From NCBI GenBank assembly GCA_902500055.1, contig GCA_902500055.1_4131.1: 64,000 nucleotides of DNA; one strand, 5' to 3'. Shown here piece by piece: positions 18,210 to 26,401 of the stretch (position 1 is its first letter; each line of letters starts with the position of its first letter). Source of the DNA: Escherichia coli (lineage in GTDB: Bacteria > Pseudomonadota > Gammaproteobacteria > Enterobacterales > Enterobacteriaceae). The notes beneath the pieces were generated by a model. That model saw only the letters and a program-made list of their open reading frames with translations. It made no database searches and was not told the origin of the DNA. Position numbers and translations under genes: made by a program.

Positions 18210-19046
18210 ATGGCTATGAATCCACTTGCTAAGTACACTAAAATTGAAGAGATCAGTACTAAGTTAGTTACAAACGGCGTTATTCCTTATAAAGAAGGAG
18301 TTCTAGGTCCAAAAGGTGTCAAATGTGGAGTTTGTGCACGTAGTGCACGTGATGAAATGACACTTAATACCCCCGATATGTTACTAAACGGAGATGCAGT
18401 ATCCCGTGTTATTGAAAACTGTGTTCCTAATGTAATTGACGCTGATGAGTTGTATGTAAATGACGTTGAAATGCTTCTTATTGCTATTAAAGTTGCTTCT
18501 AAAGAAGAAACATATGATATTAACGTTGTATGTCCTGAATGTGAAAAAGAAGGTCGATTTGAACGTAATCTATCATATCTTCTTGAAACTGCACAAGCAT
18601 TTGAAGAAATCCCATCAATTGATTTAGATAATGGACTCCGTTTAGAATTTAGACCACTGACATGGAAAGAATATTCATCGTTTGCTGAACGCATGTTCAG
18701 TGAGCAGCAGAAGACTAAGTTTCTTGAAACTGCTGATATTGATAAAGATGAAAAAGTAAAAATATTTTCTGAAGTATTTGAAAACATGGCTCAACTTAAC
18801 TTCGATATGATTGGTGGAGTTATTGCAAAAATTATAACACCAGATGGTGATGAAGTAGTTGAAAAAGAATTTATTAATGAATGGCTTGGACAACAATCGA
18901 AGGGAGTACTTAAACTAATTCGTGAAAAAATGGATGAAGTACTTGAAATTGGTGTATCTCATAGTATGGAAGTAGAATGTGATGGATGTAATCATCAATG
19001 GGAAATTGATGGACTAAAATATGATCCTAGTCATTTTTTCGAGTAA
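18210..19046 (+). CDS. zinc-binding hypothetical protein (three Cys pairs), likely late/structural
   Basis: 278 aa with CGVC, CPEC and CDGC motifs; late promoter and RBS GGAG upstream. Confidence 0.45.
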   Translation: MAMNPLAKYTKIEEISTKLVTNGVIPYKEGVLGPKGVKCGVCARSARDEMTLNTPDMLLNGDAVSRVIENCVPNVIDADELYVNDVEMLLIAIKVASKEETYDINVVCPECEKEGRFERNLSYLLETAQAFEEIPSIDLDNGLRLEFRPLTWKEYSSFAERMFSEQQKTKFLETADIDKDEKVKIFSEVFENMAQLNFDMIGGVIAKIITPDGDEVVEKEFINEWLGQQSKGVLKLIREKMDEVLEIGVSHSMEVECDGCNHQWEIDGLKYDPSHFFE

Positions 19047-19255
19047 TGCTTCTCCAGTCATCTCCTGAAGAAATACAAGAAGTACTGAAGGAGATAGAAC
19101 TGAATAAGTCAGAAATCAAAAATGCACTAATGGAATGTTCTGTATATATGGATAACATTGACTATGGAACACTCCTTAATATGCCATTAATAGATAGAGA
19201 CTTATTAGTTAAGTCTTTTAATAAAAAAATTAAAAAACAAAACGAGAAGCACTAA
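19046..19255 (+). CDS. hypothetical protein
   Basis: 69-aa ORF whose ATG overlaps the upstream stop (TAATG). Confidence 0.4.
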   Translation: MLLQSSPEEIQEVLKEIELNKSEIKNALMECSVYMDNIDYGTLLNMPLIDRDLLVKSFNKKIKKQNEKH

Positions 19256-19266
19256 TTTTCATATAG

Positions 19267-19292
19267 CCAGCACATTGTTGCTGGTTTTTTTT
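19267..19292 (+). terminator. rho-independent terminator (CCAGCA-cattgt-TGCTGG + T8)
   Basis: Perfect 6-bp stem followed by eight T immediately after the 19046-19255 gene. Confidence 0.65.
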
Positions 19293-19440
19293 GGTTTTAA
19301 ACTACAGAATTATTTGAATTGAATTATGAAAGGATTAATTTTAATATTATTGGATTCATCTAACTCATTTCATTCGTTAGCTGAAGAATATTCGTTACTA
19401 CGTAACTCATATTCATTTAATTAAATTAATTATAAAGAAC

Positions 19441-19920
19441 TTTAAAAGATTTAATACTTGACGGGATTTGTTGAGGACATTTTCATCCCCCCGCAGGGGA
19501 ATGAAGACAATAAAAAAGAGACAATGAAGTCTCTATTTCTTGACGCTGATGGTTTCAGCATTTATTGTATTGCGAATTTCTTAAAAATATATTAAGAACG
19601 AAAGCGGGTTGCTCTGTTTCTCTCTATCGCAGTCATGTGCAACGGTCGTCAGTCTTAATCATCCTGACACTCACCTGAAAGTCTATACAATCAAACTTCA
19701 GGCTGTTTATTAAAATCACTTAATAAACTCCCTTAGCAAATCTGGTAAGGTGCGATCCTTATATGTCTATCTAGGAACTCTCTGTATGCTTATCGGAGTT
19801 CTTTATTGAGCCGCATTGCCGTGAGGGGTTCAAACTATGCCCACATCTAACGGGTTTCTTTTGCTCATCGCACTGTTGAACTGCTCATCTGCCATCTACA
19901 TTTTCGATAGGATCAGGTTC
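19441..19920. ncRNA. candidate large structured non-coding RNA in an ORF-free region (strand and ends undetermined)
   Basis: ~840 bp (19256-20092) without any ORF of 60 aa or more in six frames; the core is visibly more GC-rich than flanks and contains multiple hairpins (TCATCCCC/GGGGAATGA, AGAGAC/GTCTCT, TAAGG/CCTTA, AGGAACTC/GAGTTCTT, GCTGA/TCAGC). No canonical tRNA T-loop found. Confidence 0.25.
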
Positions 19921-20092
19921 TAATTTATATGCATTTCTGCATTCAACAGGATTGTCATTACTACAACAAACATTATAGCACTATTTTTAAAATCTTCCCA
20001 CTAATATCATAAAAAAATAAAAAAGTACTTAGTACATTTTTGAAGTATAAAAAAACCAAGTAACAAAACATTACTTGGTTCATAAAAACTAT

Positions 20093-20644
20093 TCAATAAT
20101 TTATATTTTTTGATATGAAGTCTTTTATAATTTTAATGTGGTCATCTGAATACTTTATTCTAAGTAAAGTAATATTATTATCATAACAATACTTATTCTT
20201 AATTTCATCATTTCGTTGTTGTTCAGCTAAACCTTCTTCTCCACCGAAGTATTCTATTGGTTTGAAGTGTTGGATACCATCATATTCTATTAGTAGATTA
20301 AGTTCAGGAATATAAAAATCAAATGGTAAATGATTGATGTTTTTACAACTATCAAATTTCTTTTCCATTTCAAACATTATATCACACGTTTTTAAAAAAT
20401 TCTGAATTTCAATAACAGGTTTTGATTTTAGTTCTTGGTCTGAACAAACTGGACACCCTTGTTTTGCAGAAATGTGTTTATTAGGAACTACTGTGAAGTC
20501 ACCGTGAATGTTACACGTAACAGTTATTGGATGGTGTGCATTGACATATATTGTTTTATTGTATGTGTAAATACTACCATGAATATTCATTGATTTATCT
20601 ATGAATTGTTGTTGTGTAATTTTAGCTATTCTTGTGTACCTCAC
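20093..20644 (-). CDS. zinc-ribbon + PD-(D/E)xK (Vsr/DUF559-like) nuclease, homing-endonuclease-like
   Basis: N-terminus HHPITVTCNIHGDFTVVPNKHISAKQGCPVCS is the same ribbon type as in 8568-9722; C-terminus LPFDFYIPELNLLIEYDGIQHF...RDxxK fits the DUF559/Vsr-like PD-(D/E)xK core. Confidence 0.5.
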   Translation of the reverse strand: MRYTRIAKITQQQFIDKSMNIHGSIYTYNKTIYVNAHHPITVTCNIHGDFTVVPNKHISAKQGCPVCSDQELKSKPVIEIQNFLKTCDIMFEMEKKFDSCKNINHLPFDFYIPELNLLIEYDGIQHFKPIEYFGGEEGLAEQQRNDEIKNKYCYDNNITLLRIKYSDDHIKIIKDFISKNINY

Positions 20645-20689
20645 AAAACTTTTTAATATACATTATTTACAGAAACAGGACAAAACGCT

Positions 20690-21181
20690 ATGAAAAAGAG
20701 ATTGAAAAATCCCAATGAAGCAGCAGCTTACAGAAAAGAACTACTAAAAAAACAAAATGGTATTGACCCCATTATAGGAATAAAAATAACTAAACCAGTA
20801 CTTGACCACTATCATGGTGGAAATCAACATTGTAGACAGGTTCTTCAAAATGAGGTGAATGGATGGGAAGGAAGGGTCGCAAATTCATTTAAACGCTGTC
20901 TGGGCCATTTAACTGATAAACCTCTTCATGAAGTACTAAGAAATCTGGCAGATTATCTTGAAAAGAACAATAACATTCCACCTGAAGAGCAAGTCATACA
21001 TCACACAGCACTAACTGTGGATGTTAATAAGTTTAAAAGGCTTCCAGCAACACAGCAAAACGCGATTCTGGAAGGGTTAGGAGTTGTCCCTGGTAGTAAC
21101 ACTACTGCTCGTGTAAAGCAAGCTAGAAAGCTGATTAAGGACGGTAAATTAAATATGGTTGATATAAAAAAAGGGAGCTAA
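20690..21181 (+). CDS. endonuclease VII-like / His-Me finger nuclease (uncertain)
   Basis: PVLDHYHGGNQHCRQVLQNEVNGWEGRV loosely resembles T4 endonuclease VII HLDHDHELNGPKAGKVRGLLCNLCNAAEG; 163 aa versus 157 aa. Confidence 0.35.
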   Translation: MKKRLKNPNEAAAYRKELLKKQNGIDPIIGIKITKPVLDHYHGGNQHCRQVLQNEVNGWEGRVANSFKRCLGHLTDKPLHEVLRNLADYLEKNNNIPPEEQVIHHTALTVDVNKFKRLPATQQNAILEGLGVVPGSNTTARVKQARKLIKDGKLNMVDIKKGS

Positions 21182-21192
21182 GGCTCCCTTTA
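21174..21192. terminator. bidirectional terminator hairpin (GGGAGC...GCTCCC) between convergent genes
   Basis: Stem-loop with flanking A-run and T-run, between 20690-21181 (+) and 21200-23347 (-). Confidence 0.5.
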
Positions 21193-21199
21193 TCTTTAA

Positions 21200-23347
21200 T
21201 TAGAAAACATCGTCAAGGGTTGCATATTCAACAGTACTGAAACCGTCCTCTTTAACAACTTTGAGGATTTTTTCAGTCTTAGATAGTAACTCTTCTCTGT
21301 GGGAAATAGCATAAACGTTCTTACCACGTACAGCAGCCATATCTTGGAAGATAGACCACACACGTAGAACACCACTTGAGTCAAGACCTTGGTCAATCAT
21401 CTCATCAATGATAAGAATATTAATACTTTGGTATAATGACTCATATGTATCACGGAAAGCACAAGATAATGCGATGTTTACCCTTGTACGCTCACCTCTA
21501 CTAAGCTGTTTATAGTCAAAGTACTGTCCACTCTTCTCAATTTCAACACTCAAATCATTCAAAAACACAACATTATGCTCAGAACCGCACATATCGATAT
21601 AGTACTGAAGTCGTGTATTCAAATATGAGATATTTTGCTCAATAATACGTTTACGGACATAAGAATCCTTGTTTAAAAGTAATTTAACCAAGAAATCTTG
21701 GTGATTTGACATTTTATCAAGATTATTATAGTCGCTATAATCGATTGGTACTAAAGAATCAGTCTTCAGGGTATTAATTTGGCTAATAAATGTGTTAGTA
21801 GTCTTCAATTCACGATCTAATTGCTGTGATAATGAATTTACAGTCATTTCTAACTCTTTAACTTCATATTTGTTTAATGTATCTGGAACTTCCATTAGTT
21901 CATATGAGTTAAGTTCATCATATGATGACATAAGTTCATTTGCATAGATGTTTATTTGTTCTTCTTCACTCTTTCTGACCAATTCTTGAAGCTTATGTTC
22001 ATGCATTTGTGCTTCTGAAAGTGTATTATAATATGTCACAGGCTTAGGTGGCATATCAAAAATCTCAATACTATCAATTTCTTGAAGTAATGTTTCAATT
22101 TCCGAAGAAGAACTATCAATTTTAGCTTGAAGATCATTAATAGTACTTTGGATTTTGTCTTTAATTGAAGAAGTATGTTCGTTATGTTCTAATTCAGACA
22201 TACAAAGTGGACATTTGCTGTTTTCAACTGTTGATAATTTGTCAATTTCAGCATTAATTGAACATTCATATCCTTTTAAAGCTATTTTTAGTGAGTTTAG
22301 TTTTTGTTCTTTGAAACGTTTTTGGTTATTATTCTCTTTTAGAATACCCTCTAACTGTTTCCATATCTCCAACTCATTATGATTTTCCAATTCTGCACTA
22401 ATATCAATAGTTTTTAGCTTATCAATGCTTAGATTTAATGCTCTTTTAGATCTTTCAAGTTCACGGTCATATGCATCAAATTTTAAAGCCAACTCTTGTA
22501 CACGGCGTTCGATTTCACCACGCTTTGCGTTATGAATAAGAGCTTTCTCTTTTATGTCAGCAGCTTCATAGAGGTCATTAAAGTCTAAAGTTTTATATAT
22601 ATTCAACTCTTCATTTAACTTAGATACTCTATTATTTTTATCAATTTCAAACTGGTTTGCCTGTTCTTGTAGTGCCTCAATACTTTTTTGAATACGTTCA
22701 TTACTTGCAGCTACAGTTTCATTTTTGAACTTTTCTTGTTCGGCTAAACGTTTAGTATCCTTATACATCTCCTTTAGCATTTCAGCTTTTTCCGTCAACT
22801 GTGTTATTCCAAGAAGTTCTTCTATCATATCACGTTGTTTTTGTGTGGATAAAGCTAAGAAAGGTTCAACGTTAGCATTCAGTACTACAATATGTTCAAA
22901 TAATAATTGAGATATACCAAGAATTTCATTCAAATCTTCTTGTGTGTCTTTCTTTTCTCCCCTTGATTCATCTTCAATTTTATTATCTTTCCCTAAAGTA
23001 ACAAAATTGAAATACGTGGGACTTCTCCCACGTTCAACCAAATATTGTACACCATCTTTTTCAAACTCTACAACTACTTCACAATTTTTTCCATTAGTTT
23101 TATTGACTAGGTTAGGAATTTTAATATCGTTACCAATACTTTTACCAAATAATCCAAAAACTAATCCTTGAATAATAGCACTTTTCCCTACACCATTTCG
23201 ACGTCCGGTACTGTCACCACCTTCAATAACTGCATCATTATTTTGACCCAGTACTAATGAAATGTCGGAACCATTTAAATCAATTGATTGTGGTGCATTA
23301 CCAAATGAAAAGAAGTTCCTCATAGATATACGTGTAATGTTTAGCAT
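21200..23347 (-). CDS. 46: recombination endonuclease subunit gp46 (SbcC/Rad50-like ATPase)
   Basis: P-loop GRRNGVGKSAIIQGLVFGLFGK at N-terminus, long coiled-coil middle, C-terminus LSRGERTRVNIALSCAFRD...ILIIDE matching T4 gp46 FSEGEKARIDIALLFTWRD...LILDE. Confidence 0.85.
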   Translation of the reverse strand: MLNITRISMRNFFSFGNAPQSIDLNGSDISLVLGQNNDAVIEGGDSTGRRNGVGKSAIIQGLVFGLFGKSIGNDIKIPNLVNKTNGKNCEVVVEFEKDGVQYLVERGRSPTYFNFVTLGKDNKIEDESRGEKKDTQEDLNEILGISQLLFEHIVVLNANVEPFLALSTQKQRDMIEELLGITQLTEKAEMLKEMYKDTKRLAEQEKFKNETVAASNERIQKSIEALQEQANQFEIDKNNRVSKLNEELNIYKTLDFNDLYEAADIKEKALIHNAKRGEIERRVQELALKFDAYDRELERSKRALNLSIDKLKTIDISAELENHNELEIWKQLEGILKENNNQKRFKEQKLNSLKIALKGYECSINAEIDKLSTVENSKCPLCMSELEHNEHTSSIKDKIQSTINDLQAKIDSSSSEIETLLQEIDSIEIFDMPPKPVTYYNTLSEAQMHEHKLQELVRKSEEEQINIYANELMSSYDELNSYELMEVPDTLNKYEVKELEMTVNSLSQQLDRELKTTNTFISQINTLKTDSLVPIDYSDYNNLDKMSNHQDFLVKLLLNKDSYVRKRIIEQNISYLNTRLQYYIDMCGSEHNVVFLNDLSVEIEKSGQYFDYKQLSRGERTRVNIALSCAFRDTYESLYQSINILIIDEMIDQGLDSSGVLRVWSIFQDMAAVRGKNVYAISHREELLSKTEKILKVVKEDGFSTVEYATLDDVF

Positions 23348-23355
23348 ATAGTCCC

Positions 23356-24393
23356 TTATAACGATCTGTAAATTTGGATTAGAAGATTTTTATCAAACAT
23401 TGGTGAATCAATTTCCATAATTTGCTGTAAAACTATCTCATCAACTGATTCAGTACTTTCAAAACTAACACCATCTTCGATTAATTCTGAAATACTTTGC
23501 TTGCTAGTTACAACATTAAACTCCCTAATGTTATAAAGTTTAGTAAATGTATCACGAATAAAACTAATCTCATCAGTTGTTATTGATATATCAACTTGAA
23601 CTTTTGATATTGTGTTATCTTGTAGATAATAGCTTGGATCAGTCAACAATTCAGAAAGTGTGAATGTTCTATATTTTGGTGCATTATCCCATGACTTGAA
23701 AATAGGTTCTTTACCATGTTCAAGAATCATCACACCTCTTGCATCATCCCATGTATCGGAAAAATTATGTGGAAAACAATTACCAGTATAAACTACACGA
23801 GTTCCTTTTGAAGTTGTTTTTGACTGCCTTTTATGAAAATGCCCACTAAAAACATACTCACAACCACCAAAAGAACCTTCTGTTTCTTTTCCATGATCAG
23901 GCATTTCTACCATCTTGTTAAGCAAGTAACCTGGTAACTCTAAGTGACCAAAAACATACTTACTTTTTAGTTGAGGTAACAACTTATATTCATCTTCAAT
24001 CATAAATGGAATGAAAGTACAATCATCAAATGTTGTAATTTCATTAATGAATTCTATATTTTCATAAACTTGAGCCATATTGATACTTGTTATATCACGT
24101 TTGTTTTTATGATACATATCATGGTTGCCTACTAAAAAATATACTTTTTCAAAATTATCATTTAATAATTGAAGAATTTGTAAACCATAGTTTAGTGTTT
24201 GGATATTGATATTACTTCTATTATGAAAATAATCTCCCATAAAAACACAAACTTTGATATTATTTTTTTTAGCTACATCAATCATGAATTTAATGAAGTT
24301 TAAACAATCTTCATTGTGTTGCTTGCTGTTATTCTTTAAACCTAAGTGAATATCAGTGAATGTAATTGCTTTATCAAACAGAGCCATCTTCAT
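23356..24393 (-). CDS. 47: recombination endonuclease subunit gp47 (SbcD/Mre11-like metallophosphatase)
   Basis: Calcineurin-like motifs FTDIHLG, FMGDYFH, VGNHD, FGHLE, FSGHFH. Start chosen at ATG 24393 (MKMALFDK...) with AAAGGA upstream; track start 24405 is TTG. Confidence 0.85.
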   Translation of the reverse strand: MKMALFDKAITFTDIHLGLKNNSKQHNEDCLNFIKFMIDVAKKNNIKVCVFMGDYFHNRSNINIQTLNYGLQILQLLNDNFEKVYFLVGNHDMYHKNKRDITSINMAQVYENIEFINEITTFDDCTFIPFMIEDEYKLLPQLKSKYVFGHLELPGYLLNKMVEMPDHGKETEGSFGGCEYVFSGHFHKRQSKTTSKGTRVVYTGNCFPHNFSDTWDDARGVMILEHGKEPIFKSWDNAPKYRTFTLSELLTDPSYYLQDNTISKVQVDISITTDEISFIRDTFTKLYNIREFNVVTSKQSISELIEDGVSFESTESVDEIVLQQIMEIDSPMFDKNLLIQIYRSL

Positions 24394-25213
24394 TTTTCCT
24401 TTCAATCATGTTCAATTCAATTTCAATTTGACGTGTATGTGATGGCGTAAAGCCATGCATTTCAAGTAAATCATCACGTATATTTCGAACATTTTTCTCA
24501 CTATTCAATATAGAACGAAAACTATTGTTTACGAATGATGTATAGTAAGAGAAAGGATTTAGCTGAACTGCTGGTTTATCTTTTTTATAAAGAATGCTCT
24601 CTTTAAAGAGAAGTGCGTTTTTAACTAATTGTATTCTTGCATCACCCATCATTTCATCTAAGTATGTATAGTTTCTGTAATTAGATTTGTGTGAGATTTC
24701 CTCTGCAAGTTTAATGAACATCTTCCCAAGTTCATTTGTAATTTTACCATGAACAGTACTGAATTCACCAGTTTCAAGGTCGCCTTTCCAGTGAGAACGA
24801 CAAACTTCATAGAGAATACCTTCATTATCTACAATATAATGCTTGAATGGTTCAAAGTTAACTCTAGTATCTGGTGGAATATGTTCATCTGTAATAACAC
24901 GAATAACAACTTCATCAATTGGAACGTCAGTGATAACTAAATTGTGTTCATCTGCATATTCTTTAGCTTTTTTAGCACTCATATTTTCCTTTTCACGAAT
25001 ACTATCAAGCATTTCATTGTTCAGTCGTTTAATTCGGGCTGCCTTAGCTTTTTCTAGTAACTCAGCAGTAATTTCTGACTCATGAAAAACAATATAATCA
25101 TACATACTATATGATTTGTCTAATAACCAGCAATATGAAATTTTACTTTTTTGTATTTCACGCAGTAAATCAGCATTATTGAGATACTTTTTACGCTTTG
25201 GTCTATTTGTCAT
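24374..25213 (-). CDS. 55: putative late-transcription sigma factor (gp55-like)
   Basis: N-terminus KYLNNADLLREIQKSK resembles T4 gp55 KYNYVNNKELLQAIIDWK; adjacent to gene 47 as in T4; late TATAAATA promoters present. The protein is longer (279 aa) than T4 gp55. Confidence 0.5.
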   Translation of the reverse strand: MTNRPKRKKYLNNADLLREIQKSKISYCWLLDKSYSMYDYIVFHESEITAELLEKAKAARIKRLNNEMLDSIREKENMSAKKAKEYADEHNLVITDVPIDEVVIRVITDEHIPPDTRVNFEPFKHYIVDNEGILYEVCRSHWKGDLETGEFSTVHGKITNELGKMFIKLAEEISHKSNYRNYTYLDEMMGDARIQLVKNALLFKESILYKKDKPAVQLNPFSYYTSFVNNSFRSILNSEKNVRNIRDDLLEMHGFTPSHTRQIEIELNMIERKNEDGSV

Positions 25214-25301
25214 TGTATTTTACTCTCCATGTTTAAATCCAATAGGTACAATCCTTGTACCATCAATGTTATTATAGCACCAAAAAGCAGTTTGTCCCAC
25301 G

Positions 25302-25309
25302 TATAAATA
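25302..25309 (+). promoter_or_regulatory. T4-type late promoter TATAAATA (plus strand)
   Basis: Exact TATAAATA ~36 nt upstream of ATG 25345, with RBS GGAG in between. Confidence 0.5.
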
Positions 25310-25344
25310 CATCAAATGTTCCCTTATTATGGAGAATCAAAAAG

Positions 25345-26076
25345 ATGATTGATCGTAGAATTCGATTACGACCTAAAGCCGCAGGTGCTAACTATGTATA
25401 TGGTGATTTTGGAGATAGCTCCGAACCAACTCTACTTTCGTTTCTGCGTCCAACTAATGGGTTGGTTTGGACTGTAACACCAACAATTACTGAACAAAGG
25501 TCAATTCAGTATGAAACACAGTCCCCTATACATACTAACAGTAACTATAACAACTATAAGAACACTACTAATACAGTTTTCACGATTCAGGGTGAATTTT
25601 ATGCGAATACAGCAGCAGAAGCTATGTATGCGTTGGCATGTGTTCATTTTATACGTTCTGTTTCGTTGATGGATTTTGGTAGACAAGCTGCTTCGGCTAA
25701 TAACCCCGAACTCGCAATTGCAGGTGCACCACCACCAATCTTACTTCTAAGTGGATATGGTCGTTATACATATAATGATATTCCTGTTATTTTAAAATCT
25801 TATAATTTTACTTACCCAAATGATGTTTCTTATATTCAAGTTCCGTTGAATAGTAGCGATAGTACTTTTAATTTATCCGACATGGATAGTAGAAAATTCT
25901 TCGAACAACTTAGAAGTACTGGATATATGAACCCACAAGATGAAGTTTGGGTTCCACAAAAAATCTCAGTTATGTTACAACTTGAAGAACAACCAACATC
26001 GGATTATATGACTAAAACGTTCAACCTCAATGCATTCAAACGTGGTGAACTATTACGTAAAGGAGGATTCATTTAA
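25345..26076 (+). CDS. hypothetical baseplate/tail-associated structural protein
   Basis: ORF track 25255..26076; real start taken as ATG 25345 (MIDRRIRLRPK...) downstream of the late promoter and RBS. First gene of the long plus-strand structural operon. Confidence 0.4.
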   Translation: MIDRRIRLRPKAAGANYVYGDFGDSSEPTLLSFLRPTNGLVWTVTPTITEQRSIQYETQSPIHTNSNYNNYKNTTNTVFTIQGEFYANTAAEAMYALACVHFIRSVSLMDFGRQAASANNPELAIAGAPPPILLLSGYGRYTYNDIPVILKSYNFTYPNDVSYIQVPLNSSDSTFNLSDMDSRKFFEQLRSTGYMNPQDEVWVPQKISVMLQLEEQPTSDYMTKTFNLNAFKRGELLRKGGFI

Positions 26077-26390
26077 TGTCCAACTATAGTCAATACTCAC
26101 CTTACGCTAAGGTGAAACAAACATGGTATCTTGGGTATAATTTACCACGTGATATTGTTCCGGCTGATACTGATGATTTTTATGAGATCCCATTGAAATA
26201 TGAATATCAACCTTGGCGTTTAGCATACGAAATGTATGGTAATGAACGCTTATATTATATTTTCGCATTGTTAAATCCAGACATACTAGGAGAAGATCCT
26301 ATATATAATTTTAAAAGTGGAGTAACAATTAGAATACCAGCAAATCAAAGAGTACAAAATTATCTTAATGGTACTCGAAACATAGGCTAA
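26076..26390 (+). CDS. baseplate wedge protein, gp53-like
   Basis: LAYEMYGNERLYYIFALLNPDILGEDPIYNF resembles T4 gp53 ELANAIYGNPQLYWVLLMCNDNYDPYYGW; RBS GGAGG; start overlaps upstream stop. Confidence 0.45.
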   Translation: MSNYSQYSPYAKVKQTWYLGYNLPRDIVPADTDDFYEIPLKYEYQPWRLAYEMYGNERLYYIFALLNPDILGEDPIYNFKSGVTIRIPANQRVQNYLNGTRNIG

Positions 26391-26401
26391 TGGAGTAACG
26401 T

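Noticed and set aside
19808-19831. Group II intron domain V-like motif (GAGCC...GGTTC)
   Set aside because: Only the terminal base pairs match; the segment is 24 nt rather than ~34 and the interior does not form the required hairpin; no intron-encoded protein ORF.
19256-20092. tRNA genes in the ORF-free region
   Set aside because: No canonical T-loop (GTTCGAATC or GTTCAAATC flanked by a complementary 5-bp stem) or D-arm could be found by eye; needs tRNAscan-SE or ARAGORN to exclude fully.
21196-21396. 66-aa minus-strand ORF nested at the 3' end of the gp46-like gene
   Set aside because: Fully contained in an alternative frame of a well-supported gene; no independent signals.
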